In this document: positions 1 to 15,000 of the stretch, piece after piece
Layout: each line of letters begins with the position of its first letter
Position numbering within the stretch: the first letter of the stretch is position 1
NCBI GenBank assembly: GCA_964016885.1
Contig: OZ024743.1
Coordinates: 2,108,001-2,172,000, forward strand
Reading direction: 5' to 3'
Length of the DNA: 64,000 nucleotides
DNA from: Eledone cirrhosa
Lineage: Eukaryota
Program-made: the position numbers and the translations under genes
The notes under the pieces: model-generated
Databases searched by the model: none
Seen by the model: only the letters and a program-made list of their open reading frames with translations
Told to the model about the DNA's origin: nothing

Positions 1-3000
1 CACTACATCTGTCCACTCCACCATTCGTCACTCCATCTGTCCACTCCACCATCCGTCACTCCATCTGTCCACTCCACCATCCGTCACTCCATCTGTCCAC
101 TCCACCATCCGTCACTCCATCTGTCCACGCCACCATTCATCACTCCATCTGTCCACTCCACCATCCATCAGTCCATCTGTCCACTCCACCATCCGCCACT
201 CCATCTGTCCACTCCACCATCCGTCACTCCATCTGTCCAATCCACCATCCGTCACTCCATCTGTCCACTCCACCATCCGTCACTCCATCTGCCCACTCCA
301 CCATTCATCACTCCATCTGTCCACTCCACCATCCATCAGTCCATCTGTCCACTCCACCATCCGTCAGTCCATCTGTCCACTCTACCATCCATCAGTCCAT
401 CTGTCCAATCTACCATCCGTCATTCCATCTGTCCACTCCACCATCCGTCAGTCCATCTGTCCACTCCACCATACGTCACTCCATCTGTCCATTCCACCAT
501 CCGTCACTCCATCTGCCCACTCCACCATCCGTCATTCCATCTGTCCACTCCACCATTCATCACTCCATCTGTCCACTCCACCATTCATCACTCCATCTGT
601 CCACTCCACCATCCGTCACTCCATCTGTCCACTCCACCATCCGTCACTCCATCTGTCCACTCCACCATCCATCAGTCCATCTGTCCACTCCACCATCCGC
701 CACTCCATCTGTAGACTCCACCATCCGTCACTCCATCTGTCCAATCCACCATCCGTCACTCCATCTGTCCACTCCACCATCCGTCACTCCATCTGCCCAC
801 TCCACCATTCATCACTCCATCTGCCCACTCCACCATCCATCAGTCCATCTGTCCACTCCACCATCCGTCACTCCATCTGTCCATTCCACCATCCGTCACT
901 CCATCTGTCCACTCCACCATCCGTCACTCCATCTGTCCACTCCACCATCCGTCACTCCATCTGTCCACTCCACCATCCGTCACTCCATCTGTCCATTCCA
1001 CCATCCGTCACTCCATCTGTCCACTCCACCATCCATCAGTCCATCTGTCCACTCCACCATCCGTCAGTCCATCTGTCCATTCCACCATCCGTCACTCCAT
1101 CTGTCCACTCCACCATCCGTCACTCCATCTGTCCATTCCACCATCCGTCACACCATCTGTCCACTCCACCATCCGTCACTCCATCTGTCCACTCCACCAT
1201 CCGTCACTCCATCTGTCCATTCCACCATCCGTCACTCCATCTGTCCATTCCACCATCCGTCATTCCATCTGTCCACTCCACCATCCATCATTCCATCTAT
1301 CCACTCCACTATCCATCAGTCCATCTGTCCACTCCACCATCCGTCAGTCCATCTGTCCATTCCACCATCCGTCACTCCATCTGTCCACTCCACCATCCGT
1401 CACTCCATCTGTCCACTCCACCATCCGTCACTCCATCTGTCCATTCCACCATCCGTCACTCCATCTGTCCACTCCACCATCCGTCACTCCATCTGTCCAT
1501 TCCACCATCCGTCACTCCATCTGTCCATTCCACCATCCGTCAGTCCATCTGTCCACTCCACCATCGGTCAGTCCATCTGTCCACACCACCATCCATCAGT
1601 CCATCTGTCCACTCCACCATCCGTCAGTCCATCTGTCCACTCCACCATCCGTCACTCCATCTGTCCACTCCATCATCCGTCACTCCATCTGTCCATTCCA
1701 CCATCCGTCACTCCATCTGTCCACTCCACCATCCGTCACTCCATCTGCCCACTCCAGCATTCATCACTCCAATTGTCCACTCCACCATCCATCAGTCCAT
1801 CTGTCCACTCCACCATCCGTCAGTCCATCTGTCCACTCCACCATCCGTCACTTCATCTGTCCATTCCACCATCCGTCACTCCATCTGTCCACTCCACCAT
1901 CCGTCACTCCATCTGCCCACTCCAGCATTCATCACTCCATCTGTCCACTCCACCATCCATCAGTCCATCTGTCCACTCCACCATCCGTCAGTCCATCTGT
2001 CCACTCCACCATCCGTCACTTCATCTGTCCATTCCACCATCCGTCACTCCATCTGTCCACTCCACCATCCGTCAGTCCATCTGTCCACTCCACCATCCGT
2101 CACTCCATCTGTCCACTCCACCATCCGCCAGTCCATCTGTCCACTCTACCATCCATCAGTCCATCTGTCCACCCTACCATCCGTCAGTCCATCTGTCCAT
2201 TCCACCATCCGTCACTCCATCTGTCCACTCCACCATCCGTCACTCCATCTGCCCACTCCAGCATTCATCACTCCATCTGTCCACTCCACCATCCGTCACT
2301 CCATCTGTCCATTCCACCATCCGTCACTCCATCTGTCCACTCCACCATCCGTCACTTCATCTGCCCACTCCAGCATTCATCACTCCATCTGTCCACTCCA
2401 GCATTCATCACCCCATCTGTCCACTCCACCATCCATCAGTCCATCTGTCCACTCCACCATCCGTCAGTCCATCTGTCCACTCTACCATCCATCAGTCCAT
2501 CTGTCCAATCTACCATCCGTCATTCCATCTGTCCACTCCACCATCCGTCACTCCATCTGTCCACTCCACCATCCGTCACTCCATCTGTCCACTCCACCAT
2601 CCATCAGTCCATCTGTCCACTCAACCATCCGTCAGTCCATCTGTCCACTCCACCATACGTCACTCCATCTGTCCATTCCACCATCCGTCACTCCATCTGT
2701 CCACTCCACCATCCGTCACTCCATCTGCCCACTCCAGCATTCATCACTCCATCTGTCCACTCCACCATCCATCAGTCCATCTGTCCACTCCACCATCCGT
2801 CAGTCCATCTGTCCACTCCACCATCCGTCACTTTATCTGTCCATTCCACCATCTGTCACTCCATCTGTCCACTCCACCATCCGTCACTCCATCTGCCCAC
2901 TCCAGCATTCATCACTCCATCTGTCCACTCCACCATCCATCAGTCCATCTGTCCACTCCACCATCCGTCAGTCCATCTGTCCACTCCACCATCCGTCACT

Positions 3001-6000
3001 CCATCTGCCCACTCCACCATCCGTCAGTCCATCTGTCCACTCCACCATCCGTCAATCCATCTGTCCACTCCACCATCCGTCACTCCATCTGCCCACTCCA
3101 CCATCCGTCAGTCCATCTGTCCACTCCATCATACGTCACTCCATCTGTCCACTCCACCATCCGTCACTCCATCTGTCCACTCCACCATCCGTCAGTCCAT
3201 CTGTCCACTCCACCATCCGTCACTTTATCTGTCCATTCCACCATCCGTCACTCCATCTGTCCACTCCACCATCCGTCACTCCATCTGCCCACTCCAGCAT
3301 TCATCACTCCATCTGTCCACTCCACCATCCATCAGTCTATCTGTCCACTCCACCATCCGTCAGTGCATCTGTCCACTCCACCATCCGTCAGTCCATCTGT
3401 CCACTCCACCATCTGTCACTCCATTTGTCCACTCCACCATCCATCACTCCATCAGTCCACTCCACCATCCGTCAATCCATCTGTCCACTCCACCATCCGT
3501 CACTCCATCTGCCCACTCCACCATCCGTCAGTCCATCTGTCCACTCCACCATCCGTCACTCCATCTGTCCACTCCACCATCCGTCAGTCCATCTGTCCAC
3601 TCCACCATCCGTCACTTTATCTGTCCATTCCACCATCCGTCACTGCATCTGTCCACTCCACCATCCGTCACTCCATCTGTCCACTCCACCATCCGTCAGT
3701 CCATCTGTCCACTCCACCATCCGTCACTCCATCTGTCCACTCCACCATCCGTCAATCCATCTGCCCACTCCACCATTCATTACTCCATCTGTCCACTCCA
3801 CCATTCATCACTCCATCTGTCCACTCCACCATCCGTCTGTCCACTCCACCATCCATCAGTTCATCAGTCCATTCCACCATCCGTCACTCCATCTGTCCAC
3901 TCCACCATCCATCACTCCATCTGTCCACTCCACCATCCATCACTCCATCTGTCACTCCATATGTCCACTCCACCATTCATCACTCCATCTGTCCATTCAA
4001 CCATTCATCACTCCATCTGTCCACTACACCATCCGTCAGTCCATCTGTCCACTCCACCATCCGTCACTCCATCTGTCCACTCCACCATCCGTCAATCCAT
4101 CTGCCCACTCCACCATTCATTACTCCATCTGTCCACTCCACCATTCATCACTCCATCTGTCCACTCCACCATCCGTCTGTCCACTCCACCATCCATCAGT
4201 TCATCTGTCCACTCCACCATCCGTCAGTCCATCTGTCCACTCCACCATTCATCACTCCATCTGTCCACTCCAACATCAGTCACTTCATCTGTCCACTCCA
4301 CCATCCGTCACTCCATCTGTCCACTCCACCATCCGTCAGTTTATCTGTCCACTCCACCATCCGTCACTCCATCTGTCCACTCCACCATCCACCAGTCCAT
4401 CTGTCCACTCCACCATCCGTCACTTCATCTGTCCATTCCACCATCCGTCACTCCATCTGTCCACTCCACCATCCGTCACTCCATCTGCCCACTCCAGCAT
4501 TCATCACTCCATCTGTCCACTCCACCATCCGTCAGTCCATCTGTCCACTCTACCATCCATCAGTCCATCTGTCCACTCTACCATCCGTCATTCCATCTGT
4601 CCACTCCACCATCCGTCATTCCATCTGTCCACTCCACCATCCGTCACTCCATCTGTCCACTCCACCATTCATCATTCCATCTGTCGTTTAACCATTCATC
4701 ACTCCATCTGTCCACTCCACCATCCGTCAGTCCATCTGTCCACTCCACCATCCGTCATTCCATCTGTCCACTCCACCATCCGTCAGTCCATCTGTCCACT
4801 CCACCATCCGTCACTCCATCTGTCCACTCCACCATCCGTCACTCCATCTGTCCACTCCACCATCCGTCACTTCATCTGCCCACTCCACCATTCATCACTC
4901 CATCTGCCCACTCCACCATCCATCAGTCCATCTGTCCACTCCACCATCCGTCAGTCCATCTGTCCACTCCACCATCCATCACTCCATCTGTCCACTCCAC
5001 CATCCGTCACTCCATCTGCCCACTCCACCATCCGTCATTCCATCTGTCCACTCCACCATTCATCACTCCATCTGTCCACTCCACCATTCATCACTCCATC
5101 TGTCTACTCCACCATCCGTCACTCCATCTGTCCACTCCACTATCCGTCACTCCATCTGTCCACTCCACCATCCATCAGTCCATCTGTCCACTCCACCATC
5201 CGCCACTCCCTCTGTCCACTCCACCATCCGTCACTCCATCTGTCCACTCCACCATCCGTCACTCCATCTGTCCACTCCACCATCCGTCACTCCATCTGCC
5301 CACTCCACCATTCATCACTCCATCTGCCCACTCCACCATCCATCAGTCCATCTGTCCACTCCACCATCCGTCACTCCATCTGTCCATTCCACCATCCGTC
5401 ACTCCATCTGTCCACTCCACCATCCGTCACTCCATCTGTCCACTCCACCATCCGTCACTCCCTCTGTCCACTCCACCATCCGTCACTCCATCTGTCCATT
5501 CCAACATCCGTCACTCCATCTGTCCACTCCACCATCCATCAGTCCATCTGTCCACTCCACCATCCGTCAGTCCATCTGTCCATTCCACCATCCGTCACTC
5601 CATCTGTCCACTCCACCATCCGTCACTCCATCTGTCCATTCCACCATCCGTCACTCCATCTGTCCACTCCACCATCCGTCACTCCATCTGTCCATTCCAC
5701 CATCCGTCACTCCATCTGTCCATTCCACCATCCGTCACTCCATCTGTCCATTCAACCATCCGTCATTCCATCTGTCCACTCCACCATCCGTCAGTCCATC
5801 TGTCCATACCACCATCCATCAGTCCATCAGTCCACTCCACCATCCGTCAGTCCATCTGTCCATTCCACCATCCGTCACTCTATCTGTCCACTCCACCATC
5901 CGTCACTCCATCTGTCCACTCCACCATCCGTCACTCCATCTGTCCATTCCACCATCCGTCACTCCATCTGCCCATTCCACCATCCGTCACTCCATCTGTC

Positions 6001-9000
6001 CATTCCACCATCCGTCACTCCATCTGTCCATTCCACCATCCGTCAGTCCATCTGTCCACTCCACCATCCGTCAGTCCATCTGTCCATACCACCATCCATC
6101 AGTCCATCTGTCCACTCCACCATCCGTCACTCCATCTGTCCACTCCACCACCCGTCACTCCATCTGTCCACTCCACCATCCGTCACTCCATCTGTCCATT
6201 CCACCATCCGTCACTCCATCTGTCCACTCCACCATCCGTCACTCCATCTGCCCACTCCAGCATTCATCACTCCATCTGTCCACACCACCATCCATCAGTC
6301 CATCTGTCCACTCCACCATCCGTCAGTCCATCTGTCCATTCCACCATCCGTCACTCCATCTGTCCACTCCACCATCCGTCACTCCATCTGCCCACTCCAG
6401 CATTCATCACTCCATCTGTCCACTCCACCATCCATCAGTCCATCTGTCCACTCCACCATCCGTCAGTCCATCTGTCCACTCCACCATCCGTCACTTCATC
6501 TGTCCATTCCACCATCCGTCACTCCATCTGTCCACTCCACCATCCGTCACTTCATCTGCCCACTCCAGCATTCATCACTCCATCTGTCCACTCCACCATC
6601 CATCAGTCCATCTGTCCACTCCACCATCCGTCAGTCCATCTGTCCACTCTACCATCCATCAGTCCATCTGTCCAATCTACCATCCGTCATTCCATCTGTC
6701 CACTCCACCATACGTCACTCCATCTGTCCACTCCACCATCCGTCACTCCATCTGTCCACTCCACCATCCGTCACTCCATCTGTCCACTCCAGCATTCATC
6801 ACTCCATCTGTCCACTCCACCATCCATCAGTCCATCTGTCCACTCCACCATCCGTCAGTCCATCTGTCCACTCCACCATACGTCACTCCATCTGTCCTTT
6901 CCACCATCCGTCACTCCATCTGCCCACTCCACCATCCGTCACTCCATCTGCCCACTCCAGCATTCATCACTCCATCTGTCCACTCCACCATTCATCACTC
7001 CATCTGTCCACTCCACCATCCATCACTCCATCTGTCCACTCCACCATACGTCACTGCATCTGTCCATTCCACCATCCGTCACTCCATCTGTCCACTCCAC
7101 CATCCGTCACTCCATCTGCCCACTCCAGCATTCATCACTCCATCTGTCCACTCCACCATCCATCAGTCCATCTGTCCACTCCACCATCCGTCAGTCCATC
7201 TGTCCACTCCACCATCCGTCACTTTATCTGTCCATTCCACCATCCGTCACTACATCTGTCCACTCCACCATCCGTCACTCCATCTGCCCACTCCAGCATT
7301 CATCACTCCATCTGTCCACTCCACCATCCATCAGTCCATCTGTCCACTCCACCATCCGTCAGTCCATCTGTCCACTCCACCATCCGTCACTCCATCTGCC
7401 CACTCCACCATCCGTCAGTCCATCTGTCCACTCCACCATCCGTCAATCCATCTGTCCACTCCACCATCCGTCACTCCATCTGCCCACTCCACCATCCGTC
7501 AGTCCATCTGTCCACTCCACCATACGTCACTCCATCTGTCCACTCCACCATCCGTCACTCCATCTGTCCACTCCACCATCCGTCAGTCCATCTGTCCACT
7601 CCACCATCCGTCACTTTATCTGTCCATTCCACCATCCGTCACTCCATCTGTCCACTCCACCATCCGTCACTCCATCTGTCCACTCCACCATCCGTCACTC
7701 CATCTGTCCACTCCACCATCCATCAGTCTATCTGTCCACTCCACCATCCGTCAGTCCATCTGTCCACTCCACCATCCGTCAGTCCATCTGTCCACTCCAC
7801 CATCCGTCACTCCATCTGTCCACTCCAGCATCCATCACTCCATCTGTCCACTCCACCATCCGTCAATCCATCTGTCCACTCCACCATCCGTCACTCCATC
7901 TGCCCACTCCACCATCCGTCAGTCCATCTGTCCACTCCACCATCCGCCACTCCATCTGTCCACTCCACCATCCGTCACTCCATCTGACCACTCCACCATC
8001 CGTCAGTCCATCTGTCCACTCCACCATCCGTCACTTTATCTGTCCATTCCACCATCCGTCACTCCATCTGTCCACTCCACCATCCGTCACTCCATCTGTC
8101 CACTCCACCATCCGTCTGTCCACTCCACCATCCATCAGTTCATCTGTCCATTCCACCATCCGGCAGTTCATCTGTCCACTCCACCATCCGTCAGTTCATC
8201 TGTCCACTCCACCATCCGTGACTTCATCTGTCCACTCCACCATCCGTCACTCCATCTGTCCACTCCACCATCCGTCAGTTTATCTGTCCACTCCACCATC
8301 CGTCACTCCATCTGTCCACTCCACCATCCGTCACTCCATCTGTCCACTCCACCATCCACCAGTCCATCTGTCCACTCCACCATCCGTCACTTCATCTGTC
8401 CATTCCACCATCCGTCACTCCATCTGTCCACTCCACCATCCGTCACTCCATCTGCCCACTCCAGCATTCATCACTCCATCTGTCCACTCCACCATCCATC
8501 AGTCCATCTGTCCACTCCACCATCCGTCAGTCCAACTGTCCACTCTACCATCCATCAGTCCATCTATCCACTCTACCATCCGTCATTCCATCTGTACACT
8601 CCACCATCCGTCATTCCATCTGTCCACTCCACCATCCGTCATTCCATCTGTCCACTCCACCACCCGTCACTCCATCTGTCCACTCCACCATTCATCATTC
8701 CATCTGTCCATTTAACCATTCATCACTCCATCTGTCCACTCCACCATCCGTCAGTCCATCTGTCCACTCCACCATCCGTCACTCCATCTGTCCACTCCAC
8801 CATCCGTCAGTCCATCTGTCCACTCTACCATCCATCAGTCCATCTGTCCACTCTACCATCCGTCAGTCCATCTGTCCATTCCACCATCCGTCACTCCATC
8901 TGTCCACTCCACCATCCGTCACTCCATCTGCCCACTCCAGCATTCATCACTCCATCTGTCCACTCCACCATCCGTCACTCCATCTGTCCATTCCACCATC

Positions 9001-12000
9001 CGTCACTCCATCTGTCCACTCCACCATCCACTAGTCCATCTGTCCACTCCACCATCCATCAGTCCATCTGTCCACTCCACCATACGTCACTCCATCTGTC
9101 CACTCCACCATCCGTCACTCCATCTGTCCACTCCACCATCCGTCACTTCATCTGTCCACTCCACCATCCGTCAGTCCATCTGTCCACTCCACCATCCGTC
9201 ACTTTAACTGTCCATTCCACCATCCGTTACTCCATCTGTCCACTCCACCATCCGTCACTCCATCTGCCCACTCCAGCATTCATCACTCCATCTGTCCACT
9301 CCACCATCCATCAGTCCATCTGTCCACTCCACCATCCGTCACTCCATCTGTCCACTCTACCATCCATCAGTCCATCTGTCCACTCTACTATCCGTCATTC
9401 CATCTGTCCACTCCACAATCCGTCAGTCCATCTGTCCACTCCACCATCCGTCAGTCCATCTGTCCACTCCACCATCCATCACTCCATCTGTCCATTCAAC
9501 CATTCATCACTCCATCTGTCCACTCCACCATCCGTCAGTGCATCTGTCCACTCCACCATCCGTCACTCCATCTGTCCACTCCACCATCCGTCACTCCATC
9601 TGTCCACTCCACCATCCGTCAATCCATCTGCTCACTCCACCATTCATTACTCCATCTGTCCACTCCACCATTCATCACTCCATCTGTCCACTCCACCATC
9701 CGTCTGTCCACTCCACCATCCGTCAGTTCATCTGTCCACAACACCATCCGTCAGTCCATCTGTCCACTCCACCATTCATCACTCCATCTGTCCACTCCAC
9801 CATCCGTCACTTCATCTGTCCACTCCACCATCCGTCACTCCATCTGTCCGCTCCACCAACCGTCAGTTTATCTGTCCACTCCACCATCCGTCACTCCATC
9901 TGTCCACTCCATCATCCACCAGTCCATCTGTCCACTCCACCATCCGTCACTTCATCTCTCCATTCCACCATCCGTCACACCATCTGTCCACTCCACCATC
10001 CGTCACTCCATCTGCCCACTCCACCATCCATCACTCCATCTGCCCACTCCACCATCCATCAGTCCATCTGTCCACTCCACCATCCGTCAGTCCATCTGTC
10101 CACTCTACCATCCACCAGTCCATCTGTCCACTCCACCATCCGTCAGTCCATCTATCCACTCCACCATACGTAACTCCATCTTTCCATTCCACCATCCGTC
10201 AGTCCATCTGTCCACTCTACCATCCATCAGTCCATCTGTCCACTATACCATCCGTCACTCCATCTGTTCACTCTACCATCCATCCGTCCATCTGTCCACT
10301 CTACCATCCGTCATTCCATCTGTCCACTCCACCATCCGTCATTCCATCTGTCCACTCCACCATCCGTCACTCCATCTGTCCACTCCACCATTCATCATTC
10401 CATCTGTCCATTTAACCATTCATCACTCCATCTCTCCACTCCACCATCCGTCAGTCCATCTGTCCACTCCACCATCCGTCACTCCATCTGTCCACTCCAC
10501 GATCCGTCAGTCCATCTGTCCACTCCACCATCCGTCACTCCATCTGTCCACTCCACCATCCGTCAGTCCATCTGTCCACTCTACCATCCATCAGTCCATC
10601 TGTCCACTCTACCATCCGTCAGTCCATCTGTCCATTCCACCATCCGTCACTCCATCTGTCCACTCCACCATCCGTCACTCCATCTGCCCACTCCAGCATT
10701 CATCACTCCATCTGTCCACTCCACCATCCGTCACTCCATCTGTCCACTCCACCATCCGTCAGTCCATCTGTCCACTCCACCATCCGTCAGTCCATCTGTC
10801 CACTCCACCATCCGTCAGTCCATCTGTCCACTCCACCATCCGTCAGTCCATCTGTCCACTCCACCATCCGTCAGTCCATCTGTCCACTCTACCATCCGTC
10901 AGTCCATCTGTCCACTCCACCATCCGTCAGTCCATCTGTCCACACCACCATCCGTCACTCCATCTGTCCACTCCACCATCCGTCACTCCATCTGCCCACT
11001 CCACCATCCGTCAATCCATCTGCCCACTCCACCATTCATCACTCCATCTGTCCACTCCACCATCCGTCACTCCATATGTCCACTCCACCATCCGTCACTC
11101 CATCTGTCCGCTCCACCATCCGTCACTCCATCTGTCCACTCCACCATCCGTCACTTTATCTGTCCATTCCACCATCCGTCAATCCATCTGCCCACTCCAC
11201 CATTCATCACTCCATCTGTCCACTCCCCCATCCATCAGTCTATCTGTCCATTCCACCATCCGTCAATCCATCTGCCCACTCCACCATCCGTCACTCCATC
11301 TGTCCACTCCACCATCCGTCAGTTCATCTGTCCACTCCACCATCCGTCAGTCCATCTGTCCACTCCACCATTCTTCACTCCATCTGTCCACTCCACCATC
11401 CATCAGTCCATCTGTCCATTCCACCATCCGTCACTCCATCTGTCCACTCCACCATCCGTCACTCCATCTGCCCACTCCAGCATTCATCACTCCATCTGTC
11501 CACTCCACCATCCATCAGTCCATCTGTCCACTCCACCATCCGTCATTCCATCTGTCCACACCACCATCCTTCAGTCCATCTGTCCACTCCACCATCCGTC
11601 ATTCCATCTGTCCACACCACCATCCGTCAGTCCATCTGTCCACTCCACCATCCGTCAGTCCATCTGTCCACTCCACCATTCGTCAGTCCATCTGTCCACT
11701 CCACCATCCGTCAGTCCATCTGTCCACTCCACCATTCGTCAGTCCATCTGTCCACTCCACCATCCGTCACTCCATCTGCCCACTCCACCATCCGTCAGTT
11801 CATCTGTCCACCCCACTTTCCGTCAGTCCATCTGTCCACTCCACCATCCGTCAATCCATCTGTCCACTCCACCATCCGTCATTCCATCTGTCCACTCTAC
11901 CATCCATCAGTCCATCTGTCCACTCCACCATCCGTCATTCCATCTGTCCACTCCACCATCCATCAGTCCATCTGTCCACTCCACCATCCGTCAGTTCATC

Positions 12001-15000
12001 TGTCGACTCAACCATCCGTCATTCCATCTGTCCACTCCACCATCCGTCATTCCATCTGTCCACTCAACCATCCGTCATTCCATCTTTCCACTCCACCATC
12101 CGTCCGTCCATCTGTCCACTCCACCATCCGTCAGTCCATCTTTCCACTCCACCATCCGTCCGTCCATCTGTCCACTCCACCATCCGTCAGTCCATCTGTC
12201 CACTCCACCATCCGTCAGTTTATCTGTCCACTCCACCATCCGTCACTCCATCTGTCCACTCCACCATCCACCAGTCCATCTGTCCACTCCACCATCCGTC
12301 ACTTCATCTGTCCATTCCACCATCCGTCACTCCATCTGTCCACTCCACCATCCGTCACTCCATCTGCCCACTCCAGCATTCATCACTCCATCTGTCCACT
12401 CCACCATCCATCAGTCCATCTGTCCACTCCACCATCCGTCAGTCCAACTGTCCACTCTACCATCCATCAGTCCATCTATCCACTCTACCATCCGTCATTC
12501 CATCTGTACACTCCACCATCCGTCATTCCATCTGTCCACTCCACCATCCGTCATTCCATCTGTCCACTCCACCACCCGTCACTCCATCTGTCCACTCCAC
12601 CATTCATCATTCCATCTGTCCATTTAACCATTCATCACTCCATCTGTCCACTCCACCATCCGTCAGTCCATCTGTCCACTCCACCATCCGTCACTCCATC
12701 TGTCCACTCCACCATCCGTCAGTCCATCTGTCCACTCTACCATCCATCAGTCCATCTGTCCACTCTACCATCCGTCAGTCCATCTGTCCATTCCACCATC
12801 CGTCACTCCATCTGTCCACTCCACCATCCGTCACTCCATCTGCCCACTCCAGCATTCATCACTCCATCTGTCCACTCCACCATCCGTCACTCCATCTGTC
12901 CATTCCACCATCCGTCACTCCATCTGTCCACTCCACCATCCACTAGTCCATCTGTCCACTCCACCATCCATCAGTCCATCTGTCCAATCTACCATCCGTC
13001 ATTCCATCTGTCCACTCCACCATCCGTCATTCCATCTTTCCACTCCACCATACGTCACTCCATCTGTCCACTCCATCATCCGTCACTCCATCTGTCCACT
13101 CCACCATCCGTCACTCCATCTGTCCACTCCACCATCCGTCAGTCCATCTGTCCACTCCACCATCCGTCACTTTATCTGTCCATTCCACCATCCGTTACTC
13201 CATCTGTCCACTCCACCATCCGTCACTCCATCTGCCCACTCCAGCATTCATCACTCCATCTGTCCACTCCACCATCCATCAGTCCATCTGTCCACTCCAC
13301 CATCCGTCACTCCATCTGTCCACTCTACCATCCATCAGTCCATCTGTCCACTCTACTATCCGTCATTCCATCTGTCCACTCCACAATCCGTCAGTCCAAT
13401 TGTCCACTCCACCATCCGTCAGTCCATCTGTCCACTCCACCATCCATCACTCCATCTGTCCATTCAACCATTCATCACTCCATCTGTCCACTCCACCATC
13501 CGTCAGTGCATCTGTCCACTCCACCATCCGTCACTCCATCTGTCCACTCCACCATCCGTCACTCCATCTGTCCACTCCACCATCCGTCACTCCATCTGTC
13601 CACTCCACCATCCACCAGTCCATCTGTCCACTCCACCATCCGTCACTTCATCTGTCCATTCCACCATCCGTCACTCCATCTGTCCACTCCACCATCCGTC
13701 ACTCCATCTGCCCACTCCAGCATTCATCACTCCATCTGTCCACTCCACCATCCATCAGTCCATCTGTCCACTCCACCATCCGTCAGTCCAACTGTCCACT
13801 CTACCATCCATCAGTCCATCTATCCACTCTACCATCCGTCATTCCATCTGTACACTCCACCATCCGTCATTCCATCTGTCCACTCCACCATCCGTCATTC
13901 CATCTGTCCACTCCACCACCCGTCACTCCATCTGTCCACTCCACCATTCATCATTCCATCTGTCCATTTAACCATTCATCACTCCATCTGTCCACTCCAC
14001 CATCCGTCAGTCCATCTGCCCACTCCACCATCCGTCACTCCATCTGTCCACTCCACCATCCGTCAGTCCATCTGTCCACTCTACCATCCATCAGTCCATC
14101 TGTCCACTCTACCATCCGTCAGTCCATCTGTCCATTCCACCATCCGTCACTCCATCTGTCCACTCCACCATCCGTCACTCCATCTGCCCACTCCAGCATT
14201 CATCACTCCATCTGTCCACTCCACCATCCGTCACTCCATCTGTCCATTCCACCATCCGTCACTCCATCTGTCCACTCCACCATCCACTAGTCCATCTGTC
14301 CACTCCACCATCCGTCATTCCATCTGTCCACTCCACCATACGTCACTCCATCTGTCCACTCCACCATCCGTCACTCCATCTGTCCACTCCACCATCCGTC
14401 ACTCCATCTGTCCACTCCACCATCCGTCAGTCCATCTGTCCACTCCACCATCCGTCACTTTATCTGTCCATTCCACCATCCGTTACTCCATCTGTCCACT
14501 CCACCATCCGTCACTCCATCTGCCCACTCCAGCATTCATCACTCCATCTGTCCACTCCACCATCCATCAGTCCATCTGTCCACTCCACCATCGGTCACTC
14601 CATCTGTCCACTCTACCATCCATCAGTCCATCTGTCCACTCTACTATCCGTCATTCCATCTCTCCACTCCACAATCCGTCAGTCCATCTGTCCACTCCAC
14701 CATCCGTCAGTCCATCTGTCCACTCCACCATCCATCACTCCATCTGTCCATTCAACCATTCATCACTCCATCTGTCCACTCCACCATCCGTCAGTGCATC
14801 TGTCCACTCCACCATCCGTCACTCCATCTGTCCACTCCACCATCCGTCACTCCATCTGTCCACTCCACCATCCGTCAATCCATCTGCCCACTCCACCATT
14901 CATTACTCCATCTGTCCACTCCACCATTCATCACTCCATCTGTCCACTCCACCATCCGTCTGTCCACTCCACCATCCGTCAGTTCATCTGTCCACAACAC